In this document: piece by piece, positions 1-11,629 of the stretch | How positions within the stretch are numbered: position 1 is the first letter of the stretch | Layout of the letters: every line of letters starts with the position of its first letter | NCBI RefSeq assembly: GCF_006345805.1 | Contig: NW_021835287.1 | Location: 1 to 41,492 of the forward strand | Direction: 5' to 3' | Origin: Octopus sinensis | Lineage: Eukaryota | DNA: 41,492 bases | Notes under the pieces: model-generated | The model's input: the letters and a program-made list of their open reading frames with translations, nothing else | Told to the model about the DNA's origin: nothing | Database searches by the model: none | Program-made: the position numbers and the translations under genes

Positions 1-122
1 TTTCATTCAAAACCTTTCTTAGAAATTCTGAAAAGAATTAGGGATATTATTCAAAAGAGATATTATGCAACGCACCCAATTAAACAAAAGAATATGTATT
101 ATTGAAAACCAATCTGAAGAAA

Positions 123-330
123 AATAATCCTTTCCATAATAGACACAAAGCCTGAAATTTAGGAGAGGAGACTAGTCAATTACATCGACCCCAGTGTTTA
201 ACTGGTACTTAATTTATCGATCCCGAAAGGATGAAAGACTAAGTCGACCTCGGCGGAATTTGAACTCAGAACGTAGCGGCAGACGAAATACCTATTTCTT
301 TACACAGAGGGGGCAAACAAGGACAGACAA
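123..330 (-). mobile_element. tRNA-derived SINE family A, dimer remnant (tail fragment of one unit joined to an A-box-less second unit)
   Basis: Reverse complement has the B box GAGTTCAAATTCC and the core CTTTCATCCTTTCGGG(A/G)TCGATAAATTAAGTACCAG shared with the copies at 10494, 11154, 12001, 20901 and 27782. Confidence 0.85.
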
Positions 331-424
331 GGTGGCATCATTTGAAGGCTAAAACAACGCGAAGCGCATTGTGACCAGCGATATGTAGGAACATCTGATA
401 GCCTGCTCGGTCACGGTGATCACG

Positions 425-465
<41 letters not shown>

Positions 466-1492
466 ATTAAAAGAAATCGCAGCAGTATAGAGTGGTCAGT
501 GTTACTAATGTGTGATTTTGCAGACATTTTACATTTAGATTAAAGAATTAGGAGATTTTGCTCGGCAGAGGATTGTAGAATGGAAAGCTTACCAACCCCC
601 GAAGATGAAAGAATATCCTTTTAAAATACCCACTAAACAAAGGCAGATGATTAATTGCAGAAAATAAATTAAAGGAACACAAGTTTGTCGAAAATTTAAA
701 TCGACAATTATATAAAAATAACAGTTGTACACAATAGGGAACGAAAATAGAAATTGAAGATAAAAAGGAAATATTTTACTTCTGAAAAATAAGAAAAATT
801 CGACTTAAAAACTTCTTTCAATTTATTTTCGAAAATGTAATTAAATGTAAAAAACAAAAAAACAAAACAAGAATATAAAAACACGAAACACAAACAAATC
901 CCCAACTCTTTGAAAACTATATTTTATCTCTCATGTGAACGAAATTGGTGAAGAAATTCTATACTGTAAGATGCCGTATTGTTTTTATTATTGTAGCTAA
1001 ATATTTTTAACATCTCAAAAGAAAAGTAATTATTTAAATAATAAAATGTGTTTTGTATGTGTGTGTGTGTTTCTTCGACCCGTCCCCCTATATATACATA
1101 CATACTTCTAATTATTTTCTGTATGTGTATATAAATGTATGTGCATATATATATTATATAGTTATAGAAGAGAAGTGAGAAAGAAAATAAAACAGACATT
1201 AACTATAAAAGAAAACCGTCGTATGTGTCGGCAAAAAATTATTGAGAACGTTGTGAATATGGTTAAGTATATATGTCCTGGGGAGAACATAACTTTAACG
1301 TTTTAGGGGCCTTCTCTTAATCTCAAAGATAAAAAAAATAATGAAAACGTCATGCTCTAATTCTCAGTTGAAGTTACTGGTCCAAAACATCAAATTCTTC
1401 CTCACAACACGGCATAAAAATTCACTTTAACCTACGAATTATACTGTATATTATTTACGTCGCCCCTTCTCTATCTAGACATATGCTTACAT

Positions 1493-1604
1493 GCATACAT
1501 ACATACATATATATATACATACATACATACATACATACATACATACATACATACATACATACATACATACATACATACATACATACATACATACATACAT
1601 ACAT
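1493..1604. repeat. (TACA)n microsatellite
   Basis: Near-perfect tetranucleotide run. Confidence 0.95.
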
Positions 1605-2084
1605 TTAGGTCTGTATTTCTAAGTACATCGCTCTCGCAGCGGTAACTGCTATTTTCAGCTCCGATGTATCTATCATGAAGGTGGAAAGTGACCGAAATCA
1701 CGTGACCTGGTAGCGGAAGCAGCGGTGATTGTATGCGGCTAGCGGTGGTTGTATGATGTACTTAGTCGCAGTATTTGCATGTTCTAACTCAACAGTCACT
1801 TTTGTGTAGTATATATTATACATATATAAATCTACACATGTGTATATTTAGGGTTAAAAACCACTAGGTGGATAACCATATGCTAGAAGGAGATCACATA
1901 CGATCTAACTACAAAGAAAGAATGTTCTCCAGAGAAAATTCAGCGAACACCAAAACATAGGCGGGCAAGACAGATGAAAATTATATAAAAATCAAGAATT
2001 AATCGTACACCGGTTTCGTCTATTACCGAATAAATTACTTACGTAATTGGAACGATCGTACTGATGAATCTACGGACGAAGGAC

Positions 2085-2581
2085 TACGAAATGAGCAATA
2101 CAAACATCTTTTTTTAAGCAGACATTTCTCTTTGACGAGATGCTAAAAGTTCACTTTTATCTTTTGCCGGTGCCAAGCCCCTAACCAAAACAGTCAACTC
2201 TCCTTGAGAAAATTTCTGGCTCTGACTTAATTTTCAAGCATGAAATCATCAACTTCGGTTTCTTGTACATCAGTAGTAGCCCCTTCAGAAAGAACTTCTT
2301 CAGACGTTTGTAGGCCATTCTTTGGTATTACTGGAATAGAAGGTCATCATCATTGTTTAGTAATGGCTTTTTTTTTTACTGATTTCAAGTTAGGATATAC
2401 AATCTTATGCTTGGTCCTAACAGTAAAACCACGTACATTAACCGTGCAGAAATAGCAGTCTGTTAAATTATCCTTCATATCATAGGTACTACAAACGGTA
2501 TTCCTCTCTTCCTCTCATTAAGTCAATGTCTTAGCCCAGTTGAAAAGCTGAGCAGATGATACATGGTGCCCGTCTTGATCT

Positions 2582-2619
<38 letters not shown>

Positions 2620-2917
2620 GAGGGAGATAGCTATATAGAGAGATAAAGTGAAAGGGGAGAAATATATATATATATAGTGAGAATTTACAAAAAAAACAAA
2701 AGACGAAGACGGGTGTGTAAACAACACACGATGTATTAGTTTAACTCGGGAAGTAAGAAAGTCTTTTACGTTTCGAGCCTATGCTCTTCTACAGAAAGGG
2801 ACACAGAAAAAACAGGAGAGAAACAAGGAGAGAAAGAAATGTATGTAGTGGCTAACGATCTATCATGGCGAATGCCGGACAGATGGGTCAGAGATAGAGA
2901 GAGAGAGAGAGAGAAAG

Positions 2918-2963
<46 letters not shown>

Positions 2964-3102
2964 TATCCAAAGTAAAACCGGTTGATCTTGATTTCAGTTG
3001 TGAAATTTTGATTTCATTTACAAAATGCCATTGAGCTTTCGTGGTAAATGAACCGGAGACATAACAAAATATATCAGGTCTGTTCTTGCAATGTCTTGAC
3101 AT
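2085..3102 (-). pseudogene. Chapaev3-like (CMC) DNA transposase, degraded N-terminal part, interrupted at about 2585-2960
   Basis: Minus strand reads MSRHCKNRPDIFCYV..FTTKAQ, YFGYPL/RDQD, KRGIPFVVPMI*R, TDCYFCTVNVRGFTVRTKHKIVYPNL and PEIFSQGELTVLVRGL..KDKSELLASR. These follow the recalled order of Chapaev3 motifs (FCYICG, LGDQDK, PMVWRE, DCYFC, IVYPNL, ELNDLVRDL). Family name is from memory. Confidence 0.7.
2677..2862 (-). mobile_element. Short microsatellite-associated repeat with hammerhead-like motif (possible PLE terminus)
   Basis: About 95 bp match the copy at 23611-23709 in opposite orientation; ends in (TA)n; contains GAGC-ATAG-GCTC-GAAACGTA. Confidence 0.6.
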
Positions 3103-3404
3103 TCAGAATAGAGTTTGATAATGATGATGATGATGATGGGTCTCATGTAAGAAGAAGAAATGAAGAATCAAAAGATTACTGATGAAATTTATTGTCAAAA
3201 ATTATTTAATTAAACCATCTAAAATTATGAAAAATATAAAATAAATCATGCACACAACTAGTTTTACAATCTGTATACAACTTTAACGGGTGGCGATGCT
3301 GTTGATTGCAGTTATGTGCTCATCATAACCCAGCAGAAAAAAAACATGCCCAAATTTGAACTCAGAACGCAAAGACCGCATTAACAAGAAACAACGAAAA
3401 GAAG

Positions 3405-3503
3405 ACACAACAACAACACAACACAACAACAACAACAACAGCAGCAGCAGCAGCATCAACAACAGCAACAACAACAACAACAACAACAACAGCAGCGGCG
3501 GCA

Positions 3504-3557
<54 letters not shown>

Positions 3558-3575
3558 GCAGCAGCAACAACAATT
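3405..3575. repeat. Compound (CAA)n/(CAG)n trinucleotide repeat
   Basis: Seen directly; source of the poly-L, poly-C and poly-N/S ORFs. Confidence 0.95.
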
Positions 3576-3619
3576 ATAATAATAGTGATTTCGCTGTCTG
3601 AGTTCAGAGAGTGCCAGAT

Positions 3620-3909
3620 GGAAGGCGCGTGGCTTAATGGTTAGGGCATTCCGCTCACAATCATAAGGTTGTGAGTTCAAGATTCAGCAGCATGCTGTGT
3701 CCTTGAGCGGGACACTTTATTTCACATTACTCCAGTCCACTCAGTTAGCGAAAGTGAGCTGTACCTGTTGTTAAAAGGGCGAGCCATATCACGGTCTGTG
3801 TCATCCCGAATCTCTCTAAGAATTAAGGGTAGTACGTTAATTTCACGAGCAGGCAGTACAGTTGATCGAACCAACTTGAACGCTCGTCGTCGTAACCGAC
3901 GGAGTGCCA
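3620..3909 (+). mobile_element. tRNA-derived SINE family C
   Basis: A-box-like TGGCTTAATGGTTAG, B-box-like GAGTTCAAGA, then GTGTCCTTGAGCGGGACACTT typical of SINE central domains; single copy in this window. Confidence 0.7.
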
Positions 3910-4019
3910 AAATATCAGAAAAATACTCTCCAGTATATCTAGACATTTCTCTTTATATTCTGAGTTCAAGTCACATCTACATCATTTAAGCCTTCCTTCC
4001 TTACGAGGACTATTTAATA

Positions 4020-4890
4020 TAACTGTAAAGTGTTGGTATCGATAAACCGGAGTACAACCTCCCATTTTGAAGGGTATGCGTTTGCAATCCAGCAACAAGA
4101 AATATCAACCAAATACCTGGTGCACAAAAGAGACAGAGATGCAGGAAAAGTAGTAAAGTGTAACAACCGATGCAGACTTTGTGGAGTTAACATCGAAGAT
4201 TTCTCCAACATCATAAGCTGTTGTCCGAAAATGTCATCGTGGTTTATTATTTACCGATGAGACCTAATATTGTAGTTTGGACACTGTACAACGAGATCCG
4301 TCGAAAGGATAACTCCGAGGACAAAGAAATAAGAACCCACCATATGGTAGAAGCCATAGCCACTCATAATAAAAAGGAATACTGGTGGAATATTTCAGTG
4401 AAAACCTCAGTAAGATGTAAACACAATAGACCTAGTATAATGGTTTAGGATAGAGAAGAGAAACTCTGTACATCTGTGGAAATTGGCTGCTCTGCGGATG
4501 TTAACATAAAGCTGAAGATCAGTGAAAAAGAGAACACCTATGCTGAATTATTGAGAAATCTGAAGTTACTCTATCCAGATTACAAGTTCAGGTTTATACT
4601 TGTAATTATTGGGGCCCTTTCTCATAACAAGAAAGGAGGAAGTGATTCGAATACTACAGATCCAAGGCATCAGTGGAACTATAAAAATCTGTAAAACTTT
4701 CAGGAAGTTTATCATTTAAGTATATATGAGCATGTATAGATGTGCAAGTATATGCATGAGAAGACATACATATAACAAAACATATAAATCTGTATATATA
4801 CATACATACAAATCTGTACATATACATACATACATACATACATACATACATACATACATACATACATACATACATACATAATACATACAT
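4020..4890 (+). mobile_element. R4/Dong-type non-LTR retrotransposon, 5'-truncated (RLE domain, 3'UTR, (TACA)n tail)
   Basis: FEGYAFAIQQQEI, zinc knuckle CRLCG..E..NIISCCP, KHNRPSIMV..REEKLC..EIGC (PD-D/ExK-like region), IIGAL; colinear with the copy at 36575-37810; about 45 bp deleted near 4620. Confidence 0.85.
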
Positions 4891-4892
4891 AA

Positions 4893-5304
4893 GATCTTTT
4901 CGGTTTGAACGGCAGTTTTTCTAGCGGTGTCATATGAAATTGTCACCCATAATTATGACCCTAGTATCGATCTATTGCATTTCAATCTGTTTTAGGGTTA
5001 GGGGTGGGGGAAGGGTACCTTTCTTTCTTCTCAAATGTAAATAAACCCAATCTGTTTCTTAAACGAGGGACATATTCATACGGCACATAATGTTTTCACC
5101 TCAATAGACGTCACTGATTGGTTGAAATTACAGAAATTGAAGAAAAAACAACAACAACAAATATCTTACAAACTATAGAATTTTCTCAATAAAGCCAAGA
5201 GAAAAAAGATGTTTTCTAAACACATTCTACCAGTATACGAAGTTTAAAAGTGTTTAGTTACGTGGAAATTATTTTAAAAAACTGCCGTTCAAACCGAAAA
5301 GATC
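4893..5304. mobile_element. MITE with perfect 28-bp terminal inverted repeats
   Basis: GATCTTTTCGGTTTGAACGGCAGTTTTT (4893-4920) and its exact reverse complement (5277-5304); CATA repeats on both sides; no ORF. Confidence 0.9.
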
Positions 5305-5322
5305 CCATACATACGTACAAAA

Positions 5323-5525
5323 GTATCCTGTTGTTGATGTTGAAATTCCAATGAAGGAGCCTTGGATCTAAGTTAGAAATCGGTTCTTTCTCTATTGGCA
5401 AGAAACCTCGAAATAAAAGTGAATAATGACATACATTCAAAGCTACCCCGTTGATGCTATCTAAATTCCAGTGACAGAGTCCTGTTTCTAGGTCTGAAAT
5501 TGGCTCTTTCTCCATTGGTAAAAAA
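5323..5525. repeat. Diverged tandem duplication of about 120 bp
   Basis: AAATTCCAATGA..CTAAGTTAGAAATCGGTTCTTTCTCTATTGG repeats as AAATTCCAGTGA..CTAGGTCTGAAATTGGCTCTTTCTCCATTGG. Confidence 0.7.
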
Positions 5526-6463
5526 AAAAAACGTAAAAGAAAACCAGGAAATGAAACATACATTTACATATATGCCCCTACATACACACCCACGCTCATA
5601 CAGATACACAATCACACACAAACACTACTAATGCAGATACACATTCAAGAAATTTCTAAGACTTCCACTTTACAAATTTAAGGTACTTACATCAGATGAA
5701 TGATCGCAATAAATAGTTTGTAATTGTTATATTTGTAGTTGTAGTTGCTGTTTTCTTTCATATTTCATTTATTTCATGTTTTAGTGGTTTCCTCTTGTTT
5801 CTCATTTTTCGTTTCCCACCGTTCATTGGATAAAACGTTATCGTTGCCGGGTTTTTGTTCTTTTGTGATTTAATCTAAGACCTCACAAGACGATAACTTT
5901 AAAAAAAAAAAAAATATGTATTTTTTTTCTCACTTAGAAAAACTATCAAACATCAAGGAAATCTTATAAGTGATAATTCACGACCTTATTATAAGACAAT
6001 AAACGACAACAACGGCAGAACATGAATAACAAAAACAAAAATGACCCCACCCACTAAAAAAAAAAACAAACGACAAAGCGGTTTCGACTTTGTTGTTCAC
6101 TTTTCATCTCTGTATTCTGATTGTTCCTTCCGCTTTTCTACGTTCGTGCATGAATACATACATACGTACGTACGTACGTACATACATACATACGCACATA
6201 CATACATACATACATACATCATACATACATACATACATACATGCATACATACATACATACATACATACATAAATATATGTATGTGTGTATATATATATAT
6301 ATATATATCTATGATATATTAATATTCATATACATGTATGTATATATTATATACATATACGTACAAACACACACACATACACTTACATATATATATATAT
6401 ATGTATATTTATGTAAGTTTGTATATATGTATATATACATACGTACGTATATATATATATACA

Positions 6464-6515
<52 letters not shown>

Positions 6516-7036
6516 ACACACACATATATACACATATATATGTACGACTGCGTGTATGCATAAATATTTGTGGCATGCTTTTCACGCTGTTTTAGCTGTA
6601 AAGGCAAAACACCACACGCATGCGCGGTCTCACACAAACACACGTGCGCGCAACATGCATTCACGCACACATGTATACACACGACATCATGGGGCGATTT
6701 CTATCAAAAATAGAATATATCATAATCCAATATAAGATATATACCATAAATGATATAAAAATATATATACTATAAATAATAAGAAAATATGTATTTAGCA
6801 TATCTTATAAATATGAAATGTATATTGTTCTATAACCGTATATCATAATTAATATAAAAATATATATGTAGTATAGATTATAAATAATATAAAATGTATG
6901 TTTAGTATATATTATAAATACTGTAATATTCGAAAATATTAAAAAATATTTGCTGTATTATCTATTAAATAACATATTTACGATGAAATTCTTAAATAAG
7001 AAACAGGTGTTATTAGCTACAAAATATACAAGCTAA

Positions 7037-7044
7037 TGATGATG

Positions 7045-7100
<56 letters not shown>

Positions 7101-7313
7101 CCTTTCTATTATAGCCACAAGGCCTGAAATTGTGGGGTAAGGGGCCAGTCGATTAGATCGTCTGTACACAACTGTTACTAAATTTATCGACCTCGAAAGG
7201 ATGAAAGGCAAAGTCAACCTCGGCGGAATTTGAACTAAGAATGTTAGCGACGGGCGAAATACTGCTAAGCATTTTTTTTGTCCAGCGTGCTAACGATTCT
7301 GCCAGCTCGCTGC
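7037..7313 (-). mobile_element. SINE family A with alternative tail ending in (ATT)n
   Basis: Head and core as other family A copies; tail ...AATTTCAGGCCTTGTGGCTATAATAGAAAGG(ATT)n. A further degraded tail fragment lies at about 7350-7450. Confidence 0.85.
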
Positions 7314-7482
7314 TTTGATGATGATGATGATGATGATGATAATAATAATAATAATGCTTTCAAATTTTGGCACAAGGCCAGCAGATTTGGGGGAAGGAAC
7401 AAATCGGTTACATCGACCCTAATACTTGACTGGTATTTATTTTATCGACTCTCGTAACAACAACAGCAACAAAAACAGATAT

Positions 7483-7545
<63 letters not shown>

Positions 7546-8199
7546 CGATGATTTCTTTTATTTACCACACGGGCGTCAGATGAATGGGTCATTACTAAAA
7601 CAGTTTGCAATTTATGTCGGAATTTTTATAAAAGATGCGGAGGAAGAAATGGAAAGGAGGACAAAATGTGATAAAAAGCATGCGTAGCATACAAAGTATG
7701 TGAACCCATGAATGAAGAAGTGCCTTTGATACAAGAAAAACTCCAAATAAGGCCAATCAAGTGACTTCACAAATCCAACACCACCGTGACTACTAAAATC
7801 TCGAGGTCTCGCCCAAGTTGTTCTCTAATCTACAGGTGTACGCTTAGTGTAGGTTCATTTACTCTTTGCTATTTTTGTTACAGTCATTCAATTCAAGTTT
7901 ACGCAGATTTGTTTAGTGGGAGCCCTTCCCTCTCCACTTTGCCTTTCCTTTCCAAGTAGAATTTACAAAATGTCGGCGAGTGCTTGAGTGTTTGATCGAA
8001 GAGGAATGTGGATTTTCTTTTTCTTCAATCCTTTCAGCCTCATCTACCACAAAACATATTTTGCTACAGTCGTTAGACAGAGGAACGGCGACTGCCCAAC
8101 CTTATTAAAAATGGATGGTGGGGAAAAACCACTAAGTGTTTTAAAAACACCGGGGACGGTACAGAGTGATACAATGTGGTATTAGGTAAATAGAACGTG

Positions 8200-9170
8200 A
8201 AAATAAAAGGAGAATAATAACGAAGCAATGAATTTCAAATAATGAATAATTCTCCAGAAGAGGGAGACCAATGTCCACCACTCGTAAAAGACCACTCAAC
8301 CCTACGGTTAACCTAACCACAAAGGTAACTGCTTTCTCCCTGTTGTCCCTGAATTTGCAGGCTCATGCTCAGAACAAGCAAGTTCACTCGGATCACGTAC
8401 GCCACTCTCCTCCATCTTTCAATAAATTTGCTGGAAAGGAACACTTCCCTTATCACCTTCACTTTCTTTTTCAAGTCAACGTCAACGTCCCCGGGGCCTC
8501 CAGTCGTTCGCTTTACCGGACGGAATTGCGTGTCGTTCTCCCGCTGGCGCCAGCTATCCTGAGGGAAACGTTAATGAGAATTTGGTCAAAGAGCGAGGTG
8601 TCTATCTTTAGCCCTTTCAATCTGGTCTACCTTGCAACCTCTTTCACTAAAGCCACCTGAGAGATAAACGCTGTCTTTTCCGGTCAAAGGAAGGTAGCGG
8701 AAAGATCTCAAAGGCCTCAAGCTGATGGTTGGATCCGCTCTATAAGCGACAGCACATGTTCGACACAACTCCACAGGTCAGCAATGCTCGGAAACTGGAC
8801 GAGTGCATATAGAACAGTTTGCGTGCATCTCTGGTAGGCTCAATTGATAGCAGTATGACTGTAGAATTGATCGTGATCCGGCAGTGACCTCTCGGCATTT
8901 CTGGTAGGCCGGAGATTTCTGGAAATTATCCATGAGCGCCGTCCTGAACGTCCACCGAAATATACCAGTCACATGATTTTGTCGATGCTCGGAATTACCC
9001 AGAGAACGTCATCGCTCTTCCCGCCACTAATCCTCTATAGAATACAGTAACACTCCAGCGCACGATGGTTAGCAGTATTTAGAGAAAAGAACGATTCTTC
9101 AGTAAAAGTAATTGTTTCACACAAACTGAAAATCTCCCCACCGTATTAAAAACAAAACGAAAAGGACAAA
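8200..9170 (-). mobile_element. L1/Tx1-type LINE, degraded ORF2 C-terminus and 3'UTR
   Basis: QTVLYALVQFPSIADLWSCVEHVL and VALVKEVAR*TRLKGLK are homologous to AAVAKEVVWWTRLKGM downstream of the RT at 29128-30925. Confidence 0.7.
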
Positions 9171-9199
9171 AATCGCTTCAGTCGCCGAATATAAATAAT

Positions 9200-9598
9200 A
9201 GGAGTGGTTGTGTGGTAAGTAGCTTGTTTACCAACCACATGGTTCCAGGTTCAGTCCCACTGCGTGGAATCTTGGGCAAGTGTCTTCTACTTTAGCCTCG
9301 GGCCGACCAAAGCCTTGTGAATGGATTTGGTAGACGGAAACTGAAAGAAGCCCGTCGTATATATGTATATACGTGTGTGCATATGTGTGTTTGTGTGTCT
9401 GTGTTTGTCCCCCTAGCATTGCTTGACAACCGATGCTGGTGTGTTTACGTCCCCGTTACTTAGCAGTTCGGCAAAAGAGACCGATAGAATAAGTACTGGG
9501 CTTACAAAAGAATAAGTCTTGGAGTCGAGTTGCTCGATTAAAGGCGGTGCTCCAGCATGACCGCAGTCAAATGACTGAAACAAATAACAAAAGAGAAA
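9200..9598 (+). mobile_element. tRNA-derived SINE family B, near full length
   Basis: A box TGTGTGGTAAG and B box GGTTCAGTCCC; internal (TA)/(TG) tract; matches 11630, 17935 and 23375 copies. Confidence 0.9.
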
Positions 9599-10493
9599 GA
9601 GAACAAGCGAAGAATGGCGGTACTGGCATCACATTTATTTCCCTGTTACAAATGTTTCAAATACATACGGGTGATAAATCATTTAACAAGCTGATAAACA
9701 CGAATGAGAAAAATGGTTATGTAACAACGATTATATAATGAAAGATCCGTATTCATTTCGTTCATGACCATGATTAACTGATGAATGGATTAATACGAGA
9801 ACAATTTGCATGAATCCCCTTACACACACACACACAGACACACAGACACACACGCACACACACACACAGACACACACACTCAGAGACACACACACACGCA
9901 CACACACACGCACACATAGACACATGCACCGCAACCCTACATATATATTGAAAAATTAGTGGGTGGTGCTCATGTTTTTACTGGAAGGAGGAGTTTCTGT
10001 TAGGAGTGCTGATAAAAGAAATGATAAATATGACAGTTTTGGTGTATCACTCGGCAAGATCATTTTAGAAGTTAGATTCATTCTGTAGTTTGCATATTCA
10101 AACAGTTGCCTGCTTGAAGAAGTAAAACATTGTTTAAACTACTTAGTGTAGTCAGCTCACTCGGAATAAAGAACTCAATGTTAGAAGTCTTGGTATTAGC
10201 CCATTTAATTAGTGACCGTGTGTACAGCAAAATATTATCGTGGTCCGATAAAAGATACTGTGGTTATACTAACTAGTTACACAGAAAGGCATGGTTAAAA
10301 ACCTAGAAATACATGCACAAATTGAGAGAGAAAACATATCAGTGAGTAGATATGTTGACGGAAGCAGGTGGAGTGGAAGATATCATGAGGTCTTTTAATG
10401 GCGTACCAAGGCAGAAATGGGAGTTGTTGCGTTCGATGATGGAGGCAGTGATGATAGTGTTATTGACGATGGTGTTTGTGATGATGATGATTT

Positions 10494-10881
10494 CGCCGGG
10501 CGAAATGCGTAGCCGTGTTTCGTCCGCCGTTACGTTCTGAGCTCAAATTCCGCCGAGGTCGACTTTGCCTTTCATCCTTTCTGGGTCGATAAATTAAGTA
10601 CCATTTACGCACTGGGGTCGATATAATCGACTTAATCCGTTTGTCTGTCCTTGTTTGTCCCCTCTGTGTTTAGCCCCTTGTGGCTAGTAAAGAAATAGGT
10701 ATTTCGTCCGCCGCTACGTTCTGAGTTCAAATTCCGCCGAGGTCGACTTTGCCTTCCATCCTTTCGGGGTCGATAAATAAAGCACCAGTTTCGCACTGGG
10801 GTCAATGTAATCGACTTAATCCGTTTGTCTGTCCTTGTTTGTCCCCCTCTGTGTTTAGCTCCTTGTGGGTAGTAAAGAAAT
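10494..10881 (+). mobile_element. SINE family A head-to-tail dimer
   Basis: Two consecutive units, junction at 10698|10699. Confidence 0.9.
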
Positions 10882-11153
10882 CGATGGTGTATGAAAATTC
10901 TTGAAGGCTGATTTAGTGTTGGTGCGTAGGGTGGTTATCAAGGATGGAACGCTGTCGGAGTGATGGCGATGGTGCCGTTGGTGGATTGAGTGGTGATAAA
11001 AATAGAAACAAATAATTGTGTTAATGCTATAGGTGTTGGAGGTGGTGGTGGCAGTGAAGCAATGTTTTTGGCAGCGTTAATGGCAATAGAGAGGAAATGG
11101 AAGTAAAGTCGGAGCATGGTGGTGGTAGCGACAGCAATGACCCTAGTGGTACC

Positions 11154-11369
11154 AACGTTAGCACGCCTGGCGAAATGCTTAGCGGTATTTCGTCTGTCAC
11201 TATGTTGTGAGTTCGAATTCCGCCAAAGTTAACTTTGCTTTTCATCCTTTCGGGGTCGATTAAATAAGTACCAGTTACGAACTGGGGTCGATGTAGTCGA
11301 CTTAAAACCCTTTGTCTGTCCTTGTTTGTCCCCCTCTATGTTTAGCCCCCTGTGGGTAATAAAGAAATA
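11154..11369 (+). mobile_element. SINE family A
   Basis: B box, conserved core and GTAATAAAGAAATA tail. Confidence 0.9.
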
Positions 11370-11629
11370 AATAGTGAAGGTAGGAAACGATAGCCTACAC
11401 ACCTTCTTTTTATCTATGGGCCCACTTGATTTCTATTTTATTCTGGTGGACCCCCGATGCCAATCGATGTTTGTAAACAAGTTTCTAGATACTTCTTTCA
11501 AAATTCCCATTTTGTTCATCCCGCATTCTCTTGTGTAGGCAGAACTGAGCGAAACATCAGATAAAGAAATCTAGCTGCAAAAACATCTAAATCATAATTT
11601 TTTCATGGAATCATAAAATACTGTTATTC

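Noticed and set aside
540-668. Short frame IKELGDFARQRIVEWKAYQPPKMKEYPFK, faintly like the hAT/TTF-finger upstream motif
   Set aside because: Only about 40 codons, no Cys/Trp finger follows and no termini; needs a profile search.
3350-3608. Two inverted SINE B-box fragments flanking the CAA/CAG repeat
   Set aside because: Matches of about 12 bp from an abundant family; chance arrangement is likely.
4992-5003. TTAGGG twice
   Set aside because: Only two units inside a MITE; not a telomeric array.
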